Source of the DNA: Desulfosarcina sp.
GTDB lineage: Bacteria > Desulfobacterota > Desulfobacteria > Desulfobacterales > Desulfosarcinaceae
Reading direction: 5' to 3'
Length of the DNA stretch: 63,572 nucleotides
NCBI GenBank assembly: GCA_050124445.1
Contig: JASFFF010000001.1
Coordinates: 1 to 63,572, forward strand
Both the position numbers and the translations under genes were made by a program. The notes under the pieces are model-generated. The model was not told the origin of the DNA. It was given only the letters and a program-made list of their open reading frames with translations, and did not search any database. Shown here in pieces: positions 50,812-62,597 of this stretch (position 1 is the first letter of the stretch; every line of letters starts with the position of its first letter).

Positions 50812-51620
50812 CGGTGAGCGAACACGCAAAACGGTATCCTGACGTGTGGCGGCGTTTTTCACCGCGGCAGACCCTGCTGCGCTATATGGTCTACTTGGGT
50901 ACGGTGGCCGTGGTCACGTGGGCGGTCAGTTTTCTTAACCTGCCCTGGTTTTATTTTTTAGATGCCCATATACAGGCGCTGGATCTGTTTACGCGCATGT
51001 GGCCGCCGGATATCTCTTTTTGGTCGTCATTGGTTAAACCGCTTTTGGAGACGATCCATATCGCCACGTTAGGGACCATCATCACCTTTGTCATCGCCTT
51101 TCCGGTAGCTTTTTTGGCCGCGCGCAACACCACCTTCAATCCGTTCACCTGGTTTATCGGCCGGCTGATCCTGGTCACCTCACGTTCGGTCAACACCGTT
51201 GTATGGGGTCTGCTTTTCGTGGCCGTTTTCGGGCCGGGTGCCTTGGCAGGGGTCTGGGCCATCGCCTTTCGATCGATCGGCTTCATGGGCAAACTGGTGG
51301 CCGAGGCAATTGAAGAAATCGACGAAGGGGTGGTGGAAGCCATCGAGGCCACCGGCGCTTCCCGGATACAAGTCCTTTGGTATGGTATCCTTCCCCAGGT
51401 GCTTCCGGTGATTTACGGAACCGCGGTGTATCGCTGGGACATTAACATCCGCGAATCGACGGTACTGGGGTTTGTGGGCGCCGGCGGTATCGGCATTTTG
51501 CTCTACTCCTCCATCAACCAATTTCTGTGGCAGGAAGTCTCTTTAATGCTGCTGGCCGTGTTCGGCATCGTCCTGGTGAGCGAATTCGTGTCCGCGGCGG
51601 TGCGACAGCGCATCAGCTAG
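50808..51620 (+). CDS. phnE: Second phosphonate-type ABC permease
   Basis: MWPPD, EAIEATGA, RWDINIRESTVLGFVGAGGIG; ATGA overlap. Confidence 0.9.
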   Translation: MTVSEHAKRYPDVWRRFSPRQTLLRYMVYLGTVAVVTWAVSFLNLPWFYFLDAHIQALDLFTRMWPPDISFWSSLVKPLLETIHIATLGTIITFVIAFPVAFLAARNTTFNPFTWFIGRLILVTSRSVNTVVWGLLFVAVFGPGALAGVWAIAFRSIGFMGKLVAEAIEEIDEGVVEAIEATGASRIQVLWYGILPQVLPVIYGTAVYRWDINIRESTVLGFVGAGGIGILLYSSINQFLWQEVSLMLLAVFGIVLVSEFVSAAVRQRIS

Positions 51621-51632
51621 CAAAGGTGTCTC

Positions 51633-52973
51633 ATGGACAACAAGATGCCCTGCAGTGCGAAGGCCCTGGTGGCCGATCCGATGGCCCATCGCCACCATTG
51701 CACCTGCGGGGGGCCGCATCCGACGCTGGAAACCCAGATTTATGTGGGTAAAGATGCCGCCGTCGTGTTGGCCGGGGATCTCGGGCGCGCGTCAGGCAGA
51801 GGCTCTGTGCTTGTGCTGGACGACACCAACACCCACGCCGCGGCCGGCAGGGCGGTTGTGACTCAACTCAAGGCCCACCAGATTGCCCATTTGCAGCTCA
51901 CGCTGCCCGGCAACACCAACGCCACCGATGCGGTGGCCGACGAGGTCTATCGCATCGGCCGAGACCACGATTTCATCCTTGCCGTGGGCGCCGGGACGAT
52001 CAACGATTTGGCCAAGTTTGCCGCGGCCAGACAGGGCCGGCCCTACTGGGTATTCCCCACAGCGCCCTCCATGAACGGCTACACCTCATCCATCGCCGCC
52101 ATCAAGGTGGACGGTGTCAAGCGGACGTTGCCGGCACCGCCGCCTCGGTTTGTCTACGTAGATCCAGAAGTGATCGCCTCGGCACCGCTGGACCTGCTGC
52201 AGTCGGGCTATTGCGACGTCTTGGCCAAATCGGTGTCGGACATCGACTGGCAGATCGAGTCGCTATTGTTCAGCGGATCCTACTGCCGCTTGCCCAGTGC
52301 CATGGTGGCCGAGGCCGAGAGCGCCTTTCTCGACAGCCCGGAAAAGCTAGCCGACGCCCATACGGACATTGCCATGGCCCTGCTCAAGGGTCTGTTGATC
52401 TCCGGGTGTGCCATGAGTGTGGCCGGTTCGAGCGCACCGGCATCCGGCGGCGAGCACCTCTTCTCGCATTTTTTGGACATGCGTGAAAGCATCACCGGCA
52501 GGCAGCCCGAGCTGCATGGCCTGCAGGTGGCTGCCGGCATCGTCGTCTCGGCGGCCTGTTACCGGCGCTTGGCCAGATTGCCGGCATCCGCCTTGGAACC
52601 TCGGGCCGAACAGCGTTACCAGGCCGAGGCCAAGCGGATCCCGACCATTTGGAAATCATTGTCCGGGGAGGTGGGACGCCGCTTTTCCCGCAAACGAAAT
52701 GATTTGCTCGCGCTTGATGGCCGCCTGCCCGAAACATGGCCATCGATCCAATCCCTTTGCCAACAAGTGCCCTCTCCGCACTATTTTGCCAACCAAATAC
52801 GGCGCACCGGCTTCAAACTCGCCATCCATGCCCTAAACCTGGATGGCGCTGAATTCCTGCTGGCTGCCACTGCCGCCCGGGCCATTCGCGAACGAATTAC
52901 CGTTTTGGATATCGCCGGTCAGGCAGGGGTGCTTGACGCCGCGGCGCGTGACGCGCTCGGTTGCCTGCGCTGA
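51633..52973 (+). CDS. sn-glycerol-1-phosphate dehydrogenase family (AraM/EgsA-like)
   Basis: VGAGTINDLAK, PTAPSMNGYTS, G..D.LAK, PASGGEH..SH, LHG.QV (metal ligands D, H, H present). Confidence 0.8.
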   Translation: MDNKMPCSAKALVADPMAHRHHCTCGGPHPTLETQIYVGKDAAVVLAGDLGRASGRGSVLVLDDTNTHAAAGRAVVTQLKAHQIAHLQLTLPGNTNATDAVADEVYRIGRDHDFILAVGAGTINDLAKFAAARQGRPYWVFPTAPSMNGYTSSIAAIKVDGVKRTLPAPPPRFVYVDPEVIASAPLDLLQSGYCDVLAKSVSDIDWQIESLLFSGSYCRLPSAMVAEAESAFLDSPEKLADAHTDIAMALLKGLLISGCAMSVAGSSAPASGGEHLFSHFLDMRESITGRQPELHGLQVAAGIVVSAACYRRLARLPASALEPRAEQRYQAEAKRIPTIWKSLSGEVGRRFSRKRNDLLALDGRLPETWPSIQSLCQQVPSPHYFANQIRRTGFKLAIHALNLDGAEFLLAATAARAIRERITVLDIAGQAGVLDAAARDALGCLR

Positions 52974-52991
52974 GCGGGTCATCAATAGCAC

Positions 52992-54014
52992 CTAAGGCGC
53001 CTCATTCTCCATGGCCCGGGTATAGTCGCCGCTGCGGGCCATGCCGTTGCACTGCGCTCGGTGGAAAAAGGCGCGCTGCGCTGCTTTCACATTGTCCGTG
53101 CTGCCTCGCCAGGCCTTGAGTGCATCCTCTTGAAGGGCTCTGCCGTAAGAAAAGCTCAACTCCCAGGGCTGGTCACCCATGGCGTTGATGGCGTTGAGGT
53201 TCTCCGTGGCCTGAACCGAGCTCTGTCCGCCTGACAAGAACACGATGCCGGGCACGGCAGCCGGAACCACCTGGCGAAAACAGCCCAGGGTGGCCTCGGC
53301 AACCTCTTCGGGGCCGGCCTGGACTGGATAGTCCTTGCCCGATACGACCATGTTGGGTTTTAGCAAGGTGCCCTCCAGATAAACGCAGTGCTCGAAAAGC
53401 GCATCATATACGCGCTTGAGGGTCTCGGCGGTCACGTCCCGGCAGCGCCGGATGTCATGGTCGCCATCCATCAACACTTCAGGTTCCACGATAGGCACCA
53501 GGCCGGCCTCCTGACACAAGGCGGCATAACGCGCCAGGGCATGCGCATTGGCATCCAGACCGAAGCGCGTGGGGTATCCATGGCCGATGGGAATCACCGC
53601 CCGCCATTTGGCGAATGTGGCTCCCATCGCCTTGTACTCGGCCAGGCGGTCGCGCAGGCCATCAAGGCCTTCGGTAATCTTTTCACCCTCGAAGCCGGCC
53701 AGATTCTTGGCCCCCTTATCCACCTTGATGCCGGTGAGAATGCCATTATCGGTTAGATACTGAGGAAAGCGGACGTCCGCAGCGGTGGACTGGCGCATGG
53801 TTTCATCGAAAAGAATCACGCCGCTGATGAACGCGTTAACCTCAGGCGTGGTGAAGAGCAGTTCGCGGTAGGCGCGGCGCTTTTCTTCAGTGGAGGCGAC
53901 CTGAATCGACGCAAATCGATTTTTAATGGTCGGTGTGCTCTCATCGGCCGCCAGAATGCCCTTGCCTGAGGCAACGATCGTGTGTGCAATGCTTTCAAGT
54001 TCTCGTACGTTCAT
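52992..54014 (-). CDS. Fructose-bisphosphate aldolase class I
   Basis: GKGILAADES, GIKVDKG, AKWR, VPIVEPE, GTLLKPNM Schiff-base Lys, FLSGGQ, SYGRALQ. Confidence 0.95.
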   Translation of the reverse strand: MNVRELESIAHTIVASGKGILAADESTPTIKNRFASIQVASTEEKRRAYRELLFTTPEVNAFISGVILFDETMRQSTAADVRFPQYLTDNGILTGIKVDKGAKNLAGFEGEKITEGLDGLRDRLAEYKAMGATFAKWRAVIPIGHGYPTRFGLDANAHALARYAALCQEAGLVPIVEPEVLMDGDHDIRRCRDVTAETLKRVYDALFEHCVYLEGTLLKPNMVVSGKDYPVQAGPEEVAEATLGCFRQVVPAAVPGIVFLSGGQSSVQATENLNAINAMGDQPWELSFSYGRALQEDALKAWRGSTDNVKAAQRAFFHRAQCNGMARSGDYTRAMENEAP

Positions 54015-54410
54015 GGAGACCTCCTAAACGGTTGCGGGTTGTCTTCATGGGCTTGACACATCCGGAAAGGGTGGGTTTATCAGCCATTGGGAGATGCCTT
54101 CCAACTTTCATCTCCGATTCATGCCTTGGGGTGATTGAACATGTGTCAGCCGGATGCAATTTTGAATGATCACCTGTTGGTGAATAATTATAAAACTAAT
54201 GACATTATTTTCCAGCGTCAATAATGGGTGCCGGTTGATTGGCAAACGCAAAGGTGCCCACCGATTATGATGACGCAACGGTTTTGCTGACGACCGGCAG
54301 GCCGCGTTTCATGCAACCGACAACTTGTTGATTGCCAAGGTGTGCGGTTTTGCAGCGGGAATATACCATGTGTGGGCAGCACGGCCGGCGTGGTGCTTTG
54401 ATGGGTGACG

Positions 54411-54788
54411 CTATTGTCGGATCTGTCGATAATAGCTGCGGGCAAACCACAACACAATGATCGCTGCGGCGACAATCGGAATAAACGCCTGCTTGTAGCT
54501 TTGGGGATCGATGCTGAAAAGGACGGACATGATTCCTGCTTCAAGAGGCAGGATCATTTGATGGAAAAAGATTCGCAGCACAACCAGCATCAACACCGAG
54601 ATAATGGCCAGGTAAAGATGGATGTTGATCGACAGATGGTCACTATCTTTGGCCGGAACGTTGATTAAGGCGATTTCTATCCTTTTAAGGTCCTCCCCAT
54701 CTGTGCTGATCACCTCTCCGCACAGGCAGGTATGCTTGCCTTTGGGCACCCATTTTAATTCTTTATGGCAATTGGGGCAACTTAGCAT
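54411..54788 (-). CDS. Small membrane protein with N-terminal Zn-ribbon-like motif
   Basis: CPNC...CLCG followed by two hydrophobic segments. Confidence 0.55.
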   Translation of the reverse strand: MLSCPNCHKELKWVPKGKHTCLCGEVISTDGEDLKRIEIALINVPAKDSDHLSINIHLYLAIISVLMLVVLRIFFHQMILPLEAGIMSVLFSIDPQSYKQAFIPIVAAAIIVLWFARSYYRQIRQ

Positions 54789-55210
54789 GTTTGGACCTTA
54801 ATAAAGCCGTTGGCTGTTCGTTTTAGCATCCATTCGCCGTGAGAATCACGCGTATATCAATCCAACGCAGCAAGATTTGTGCTAATAAGCATTGTCAGTA
54901 TCGGTTTATTCTTTTAACAGATTATAATCACAAAGAATAAATTAAAAATGAACTTCAGTTTATTTATCCCGTCGCGCGCTTCCAAAGGTGAGATGAACAA
55001 TATTTGCCTATCCCATGTCTATTTTTTTGTACCAACCGGTCTCAAGCGAGCCGAAACCGTGGATGCGGTTTAATGATTTCCCCGGCGGTGGAAGAATTCG
55101 ATCGATTCTTTGACAATTGCACAGTTTTTGCATAAGGTATCAATGATTTATATGTATGCACCAAAATCGGCGACAGGTGCTGTGCAATTCCGGCCCTGGC
55201 TTGGACATAG

Positions 55211-57748
55211 ATGTTGCCCATGCTAAAAAAGATACTCACGTCTCCTTTAATCCAGATCCTTGTGCTGACCGCCATGATTTTGACCGGCATGCTCTCGATA
55301 TGGGACCCGTGGCGGTCAATCGAAAATACGCATTTTGATTATTGGGCGAATCGGTTTTCCAACCCAGATGGCCAACCCATTGCCATCGTGGCCATCGATG
55401 AACGCAGCCTTCGTCAATTCGGCGATTGGCCCTGGCCCCGCCATCGCATTGGCGAGCTGGTACGGCTTTTGTCGGACAATGGCGCTGCAGCCGTAGGTAT
55501 CTGTCTGCTTTTCAACCAGCCGGACCCTAACCCCGGGATGAATGCGATCAGGGATCTGAGGGCCCAGCTGGAGGCTCCCCAGTGGAAAGGGCACCAGCCG
55601 ACGACCAGAAGATTGGATGGCATGCTGCGTGAGAAAGAGGCCGGTCTGGATCAGGACGCCGGTTTGATTGCCGCCATCCGCCGCGGTCGCAACGTGGTTC
55701 TGCCACTTTATATTTTTTTGGATAAACAGGTGGAAGATGACATCGATCCGTCGGGAATGGTCATCCTCAATTCTTTAAATCCAACGGTGCTGCCCATCGG
55801 TGCCACCGGCACGCACTGGAAACTGGCAAGGGCCGTGGGGGCTGCATCTCAAGGCCTTATGGCCGGGCATGGCATGCTTGGGCCGTTTGAGGAACTGGCC
55901 GGTAAGGCCGGAGCCATGGGGCACATCAACCTGAATGAAGATTCCGACGGTCGGGTCCGGCAAATACCCCTGCTCATGGAAGCCAAGGGACGGCTGATAC
56001 CGGCGTTTGCCTTGGCCCTTGCCCTTAAACACCATGGCCTCCGCTTGAGGGATATCTCCATAAACCTGGACTATTCAGGGCGGCCCCATCTGCTGGTCGA
56101 TACCCTTGACCTGGCCCTCGACCCTGCCTATCGCATGTTGTTGAACTATGACCGGAAGTGGACGCGCCAACGTCTTTTTTCGTGTGCTGAACTGTTCAAC
56201 GCGGAGATCGATCCGATGGTGTTTAGGGATAAAATCGTCCTGATCGGGTTAACCGCCGAACCGTTTGCCAGGACTTACCGGGTGGGATCGAACCACCGGG
56301 CAGCGGATGTCGCCATCATGGCCAATGCCCTGTCCGGGCTGCTGGCCGACCGACCCTTGTCGCGACCGTTCTGGGCTCGGATACTGGAAATTGGGGCGGT
56401 GCTTTATTTTGCAACATTTTTGGCCCTGGTGATTCCTCGTGTAACCATGCGGGTGGCGGCGACGATCCTGATTATTTTTCTGGTGACCTGGTACGCTGTC
56501 ACCGTCGGCCTGCTGCTGGGTTACGGGTACAAACTCGACGTAATGGCGCCGTTCGTCCTGACTGCAATCGGATTCCTCATGCTCCAATTCACTCTGGCCG
56601 CGCAGCGGCTGCGGGCTGATAAGCTGGATGCCTGCAGAACCCTGGGACTTACGTACCAGGGGCAAGGGCTGCTCGACATGGCCTGCGATCAATTCATGCA
56701 ATGCCCGGTACAGCAACGCCCGGTCAAACATCTGTTGTACAACCTGGCCCTGGACTTCGAGCGCAAGCGGATGTTCAACAAGGCCCTGGACATCTACCGC
56801 CACATCCGTAAGGCGGGCGCCTACAAAGATGTTGACAAGCGCATCCAGCACTTTTCGGATCTGGACAGCACCATTGCCGGTGGAGGAAGCCAAGACCAAT
56901 CCCTGCTGATGGTGGGCAATGGCGCCAAACCGACCTTCGGTCGTTACGAGATCATCAAAGAGATCGGACGCGGCGGCATGGGAACGGTTTATCTGGGACG
57001 CGACCCAAAGATCAATCGCGAGGTGGCCATTAAAACCCTCGAGTATGCCGCGGTCGAACCAGCGGAACTGCCCGAGGTCAAATCCCGGTTTTTCCGCGAA
57101 GCCGAGGCTGCCGGCAATTTATCCCACCCCAACATCGTTTCCATTTACGACGTCGGCGAGGAACATGACATGGCATACATTGCCATGGAGCTGCTCAAAG
57201 GCGACAACCTCACCTGGGTTTGTGTCAAGGGACATTTGCTGCCAATTCCCCGGATACTGGCTGTGATTGCCGATGTGACGGCCGCCCTGGACTATGCCCA
57301 TAAACAGGGGGTGATTCACCGCGATATCAAGCCGGCCAACATCATGATGCTTGAAGACGGGCGGGTCAAGGTGACCGACTTCAGCATTGCTCACGTCGTG
57401 GATGCATCCCAAACACGCACCGGCGTGGTTCTGGGAACGCCGAATTACATGTCCCCTGAACAGGTGTCCGGCGAGGGTCTGGATGGCCGATCCGATCTGT
57501 TTTCGATGGGCATCGTTCTCTACGAAATGCTCTCCGGCATCAAACCCTTCAAAGGCGAGTCAATGAGTGCTATATTGTATGCGATTACGCACATTGCGCC
57601 CAAGCCGCTGGCAAAGGTGGCCGACGGCATCCCGGCCTGCGTGAGGAGACTGGTCAACAAGCTACTGGCCAAGCAGAAGGCAAAGCGTTTTACATCTGCC
57701 GCCAGTGCCGCTGGTGCCATTGCCGATTGTCTGAATCGAATAGAATAG
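55211..57748 (+). CDS. CHASE2-domain transmembrane Ser/Thr protein kinase with TPR-like linker
   Basis: IDE.SL...G.WPWPR, D.DG.VR, KIVLIG (CHASE2); three TMs; GRGGMGTVY, VAIK, HRDIKPAN, DFS, GTPNYMSPE. Confidence 0.9.
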   Translation: MLPMLKKILTSPLIQILVLTAMILTGMLSIWDPWRSIENTHFDYWANRFSNPDGQPIAIVAIDERSLRQFGDWPWPRHRIGELVRLLSDNGAAAVGICLLFNQPDPNPGMNAIRDLRAQLEAPQWKGHQPTTRRLDGMLREKEAGLDQDAGLIAAIRRGRNVVLPLYIFLDKQVEDDIDPSGMVILNSLNPTVLPIGATGTHWKLARAVGAASQGLMAGHGMLGPFEELAGKAGAMGHINLNEDSDGRVRQIPLLMEAKGRLIPAFALALALKHHGLRLRDISINLDYSGRPHLLVDTLDLALDPAYRMLLNYDRKWTRQRLFSCAELFNAEIDPMVFRDKIVLIGLTAEPFARTYRVGSNHRAADVAIMANALSGLLADRPLSRPFWARILEIGAVLYFATFLALVIPRVTMRVAATILIIFLVTWYAVTVGLLLGYGYKLDVMAPFVLTAIGFLMLQFTLAAQRLRADKLDACRTLGLTYQGQGLLDMACDQFMQCPVQQRPVKHLLYNLALDFERKRMFNKALDIYRHIRKAGAYKDVDKRIQHFSDLDSTIAGGGSQDQSLLMVGNGAKPTFGRYEIIKEIGRGGMGTVYLGRDPKINREVAIKTLEYAAVEPAELPEVKSRFFREAEAAGNLSHPNIVSIYDVGEEHDMAYIAMELLKGDNLTWVCVKGHLLPIPRILAVIADVTAALDYAHKQGVIHRDIKPANIMMLEDGRVKVTDFSIAHVVDASQTRTGVVLGTPNYMSPEQVSGEGLDGRSDLFSMGIVLYEMLSGIKPFKGESMSAILYAITHIAPKPLAKVADGIPACVRRLVNKLLAKQKAKRFTSAASAAGAIADCLNRIE

Positions 57749-57767
57749 CGCAACAGGAGAATAGAAT

Positions 57768-58148
57768 ATGGCACTGCTCGTTCTGGTCCACGAAGGGTTG
57801 ACCATCAAGCGAATCCCCCTCGACAAAGCCGAGCTGCGCATCGGTCGCAGAATCGATGCCGACATTTTTATCGATGACATGTTGGCCAGTCAAAAGCATG
57901 CCAAAGTGGTCTGCATTGAAAACAAGGACGCGCCGGGCGGAATGGACTATGTTATCGAAGATCTGGAAAGCACCAACCACACTTACGTCAATGGCGAGCC
58001 GGTCGACCGCAAGCAGCTGGTGCATAGTGATGTGATCCGTATAGGTAAGCATACCTTCAAATTCATCGATGAAGCCGCCGGTCCGGGGGATAAAACCGCC
58101 AAGCTCCAAAAAAGCTGGATTCCCGGGGTCTATTACACCAGGGATTGA
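57768..58148 (+). CDS. FHA domain protein
   Basis: IGR, S..HA, DL.STN.T.VNG, D.I.IG. Confidence 0.9.
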   Translation: MALLVLVHEGLTIKRIPLDKAELRIGRRIDADIFIDDMLASQKHAKVVCIENKDAPGGMDYVIEDLESTNHTYVNGEPVDRKQLVHSDVIRIGKHTFKFIDEAAGPGDKTAKLQKSWIPGVYYTRD

Positions 58149-58342
58149 TCGCATCGGTTTAACAACTGGTTTGTGGTAGAGAAACCCCCTTATATAGTTC
58201 GAAATACAATTAAAATTCTAAAGTTTAGAACTATCCGGCCATTGCGTCCATTCGTTTGACGGCATTGACTGCACTCCGGCAACCGTTAGTTTACGGGTTG
58301 CAAACGCGCTGTGAACCCATTTTAATAAAAGGAGCTGCCGGT

Positions 58343-58678
58343 ATGGACAAACGATTGGATATGATTCTTACAGGCATTATTGATGACTATAGTGATGAGT
58401 TGTCTGAAGACTCCATCTATTTTGTGGATGTAAATATCGGTAAACGCGCTGCCGGTCTGGGATATGATGATTTAGGCAGCCAATACCGCAATACCGAAGC
58501 GGTGGTTTTCGTCAAGGGACCTAAAAAAGGCATGAAGGTTATGATTGATGGAAGAACATTCATCAACTACTCATCGCTCGGACCCGGTGTGGCTGTTCCT
58601 TCACACGTGGCCGCACGCACTGGGCTTAAACATCGGCCCTTCACGGCTGCAGAAAGCCTGGTGCGTATTTTCAACTGA
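58343..58678 (+). CDS. Hypothetical protein
   Basis: AAGGAG RBS and ATG 58343; protein-like ORF ending 13 nt before mtnA. Confidence 0.6.
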   Translation: MDKRLDMILTGIIDDYSDELSEDSIYFVDVNIGKRAAGLGYDDLGSQYRNTEAVVFVKGPKKGMKVMIDGRTFINYSSLGPGVAVPSHVAARTGLKHRPFTAAESLVRIFN

Positions 58679-58691
58679 ACAAGGATGCATC

Positions 58692-59792
<1,101 letters not shown>

Positions 59793-59894
59793 ATCGATCC
59801 GGTTCCGCCTACCCGCTGGCCTGGCTGCTTCTGCTGACTGCGGGTTTGGTGAATACGCTTGACAACCAGGCGACAACCATTCATAAAACCGCCC

Positions 59895-60371
59895 ATGCTT
59901 ACCGATCTTGAAAAAAAGGTCATCGCATCGATTCAGGGGGACATTCCCATCGTGTCTCGTCCGTATGCGGTATTGGCCGACGAGATTGGCATCTCTGAAA
60001 AGACCTTGATCGATACCCTCAAGAAACTGACTGATCGGGGGGTCATCCGCCGTTTCGGTGCCACATTGCGTCATCAGAAGTCCGGATTCCAGGCCAACGC
60101 CATGACCGCCTGGCAGGTGGATGAAGATCGCATTGAAGCAGTCGGTCAGATTATGGCCTCCTTTCGCGCCGTTTCCCATTGCTATCGTCGCGACCCAGCC
60201 GAAGGCTGGCCATACAATCTGTATACGATGATCCACGGCAAGGATGAAGAGGACTGCCGTGACACGGCCCGCCAAATGTCCCGAAAAGCCGGGGTCAAAA
60301 CCTACAAGCTGTTGTTCAGTCGTCGGGAGTTGAAGAAGATATCGATGACTTATTTCCCAGACGCCACTTAA
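59895..60371 (+). CDS. Siroheme decarboxylase subunit (AhbB/NirDL-like, Lrp/AsnC fold)
   Basis: QGDIP...RPY, IRRFGA.L.H, VSHCY.R, WPYNLYTMIH, ELKK.SM. Confidence 0.82.
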   Translation: MLTDLEKKVIASIQGDIPIVSRPYAVLADEIGISEKTLIDTLKKLTDRGVIRRFGATLRHQKSGFQANAMTAWQVDEDRIEAVGQIMASFRAVSHCYRRDPAEGWPYNLYTMIHGKDEEDCRDTARQMSRKAGVKTYKLLFSRRELKKISMTYFPDAT

Positions 60372-60402
60372 TGCCAGTTTGGGATTGTCATCATTGAAAA
60401 CG

Positions 60403-61767
60403 ATGAAACCTTCTGATTCCCCCCACATCCTGCTGGTCAATCCCTGGATTCATGACTTTGCTGCCTATGATTTCTGGGCCAAACCGTTGGGCCTGCTGAC
60501 CCTCGGCGGGATCCTGCGTGCCCACGGTGTCCGGGTTTCTTACCTGGACTGTTTGGACCGGTTTCACCCCCGTGCCCGCAAACGGCCCGCATCCGCAAAG
60601 CGCTGTGGGCGCGGACCCTACCTCAAGGCCGAAATCGCCAAACCGGCGGGCCTTTCGGACATCCCCCGCAAATACTGTCGGTACGGCATCCCGCCTGAAT
60701 GGTTTGCTGAAGACCTGAAGGCGTTGGACCCACCCGACTTGGTGCTGGTCACTTCCTTGATGACCTATTGGTACCCCGGAGTCCAGGAAACCATCGATTG
60801 GGTCAAATCGATTCATGCGCATGTTCCCATCGTTTTGGGCGGTGTCTATGCCACGCTCTGTTACGATCATGCGCAACACACGTGCGGGGCGGATCGCATC
60901 GTCGTCGGTCCTGGGGAGCACACCATATTGGCTATGATTGCCGAGTTGACCGGATGGTCACCCAGGCAGTGTTTCGACCCCCAGGATCTGGATTCCTTTC
61001 CTTGGCCGGCATTGGACCTTGAACACCAAGTGGCACACGCACCCCTGCTCACCTCGCGCGGATGCCCTTATCGCTGCGCCTATTGTGCCGCTCACCGGCT
61101 TCAGCCCAGCATGATGCGACGCAGTCCCCAATCCGTGGCGGATGAAATGGTCTTCTGGCACAACAACTTCGCCGTGCGGGACTTCGCCTTTTACGATGAT
61201 GCGCTGCTGGTCGACGCCGACCATCACGCCGTTCCGCTTTTTGAGCGGATTATCGCCGCGGGTATCGACGTTCGGCTGCACACCCCCAATGCACTGCACA
61301 TTCGTGAAATTACCCGTCCCCTGGCAGACTTGATGCTCCGGGCCGGTTTCCACACCATTCGATTGGGTCTGGAAACCACGGTTTTCGGGGACCGGCAGAT
61401 GATGGATCGCAAAGTGACCGAAGCTGAGTTCAGGCATACGGCGGCGGTATTGAAATCGGCCGGGTTTGACGCCGATCAGGTCGGCGCATACTTGCTGGCC
61501 GGCCTTCCCGGTCAGGATGTCGCCGGGGTCGAAGCTTCCATTGCCGTGGTCAAGCGGGCGGGTGTCACCCCGATCATCGCCCATTACACGCCCATCCCGG
61601 GAACGCCCATGTGGCCGGAAGCCGTGGCAGCCTCACGTTACGATCTGGAAGCGGACCCCATCTATACCAACAACGCCATCCTCCCTTGTCAGAGCAAGTC
61701 CTTTTCTTGGCAAGAGCTGTCTCGGCTCAAGAATATGGCCCGAATCGATGCACGCCGCAGCATCTGA
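60403..61767 (+). CDS. B12-binding radical SAM protein
   Basis: PLGLL, LGG.YAT, SRGCPYRCAYC, FYDD, LGLE. Confidence 0.85.
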   Translation: MKPSDSPHILLVNPWIHDFAAYDFWAKPLGLLTLGGILRAHGVRVSYLDCLDRFHPRARKRPASAKRCGRGPYLKAEIAKPAGLSDIPRKYCRYGIPPEWFAEDLKALDPPDLVLVTSLMTYWYPGVQETIDWVKSIHAHVPIVLGGVYATLCYDHAQHTCGADRIVVGPGEHTILAMIAELTGWSPRQCFDPQDLDSFPWPALDLEHQVAHAPLLTSRGCPYRCAYCAAHRLQPSMMRRSPQSVADEMVFWHNNFAVRDFAFYDDALLVDADHHAVPLFERIIAAGIDVRLHTPNALHIREITRPLADLMLRAGFHTIRLGLETTVFGDRQMMDRKVTEAEFRHTAAVLKSAGFDADQVGAYLLAGLPGQDVAGVEASIAVVKRAGVTPIIAHYTPIPGTPMWPEAVAASRYDLEADPIYTNNAILPCQSKSFSWQELSRLKNMARIDARRSI

Positions 61768-62003
61768 TGGGTCGATACCGACTTTGCGGCCGCTGGTTAC
61801 AGCCACAAAGTCGGTATCTGAGGCGACGACCGCGGCCACGGTGCCCGGTTACAGAGTGATAGCCTTTGTCTATCATTTTGCCCTTTTTTTACGCCGCTTG
61901 CCGGTATGATACCAGGTAGCTATGTTGGTAATGTAACGGTTTTGCCTATAGCATCTACAAAATCATATGGTAGCACCAACTCAAAAAAGTAAGGAATAAC
62001 AAA

Positions 62004-62501
62004 ATGAATAAACTACGTTTTACAACGCTTCTGGTATTTTTTCTGGCAATACCCACACTGGCAATCGCTGGGAGTCACGCTTCTTCCGAAGGCAAAAAGG
62101 ATATAATCGATACCGCCCAGTCGGCAGGATCCTTCAGTACATTGGTAACTGCGATACAAGCAGCGGGTTTAACCGATACGCTCAAGGGCAAGGGGCCTTT
62201 TACGGTTTTTGCTCCCACCGACGAGGCCTTTGCCAAACTGCCGGATGGAACAGTTGAAGACTTGCTCAAACCGGAAAATAAATCCAAACTGCAGGCGATA
62301 CTTACCTATCATGTGGTTCCCGGCAAGGTTATGGCCAAAGATGCCGTCAAGCTCACCTCCGCCAAAACTGTCAATGGAGAGAACTTTAAGATCAGCACAT
62401 CCGACGGTAGTGTGATGGTCGATGATGCCAATGTGGTCAAAACCGACATCATGGCTAGCAACGGAGTCATTCATGTAATCGACAGTGTCATCATGCCCTA
62501 A
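62004..62501 (+). CDS. Secreted fasciclin (FAS1) domain protein
   Basis: Signal peptide, [28 protein letters not shown]. Confidence 0.93.
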   Translation: MNKLRFTTLLVFFLAIPTLAIAGSHASSEGKKDIIDTAQSAGSFSTLVTAIQAAGLTDTLKGKGPFTVFAPTDEAFAKLPDGTVEDLLKPENKSKLQAILTYHVVPGKVMAKDAVKLTSAKTVNGENFKISTSDGSVMVDDANVVKTDIMASNGVIHVIDSVIMP

Positions 62502-62537
62502 TTCGTGTTTTTATACCCATCGCCAAATTGGCTTACG

Positions 62538-62573
62538 AAGGCAGGATCGTGCTTACTGATCCTGCCTTTTTTT
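62538..62573 (+). terminator. Rho-independent terminator after fasciclin gene
   Basis: AAGGCAGGATC-9nt-GATCCTGCCTT followed by a T run. Confidence 0.8.
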
Positions 62574-62597
62574 GTTAAACGCCACCATCGAAATGGG

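Noticed and set aside
48033-51620. Phosphonate C-P lyase or phosphite oxidation operon
   Set aside because: No phnGHIJKLM, phnX or ptxD in the window
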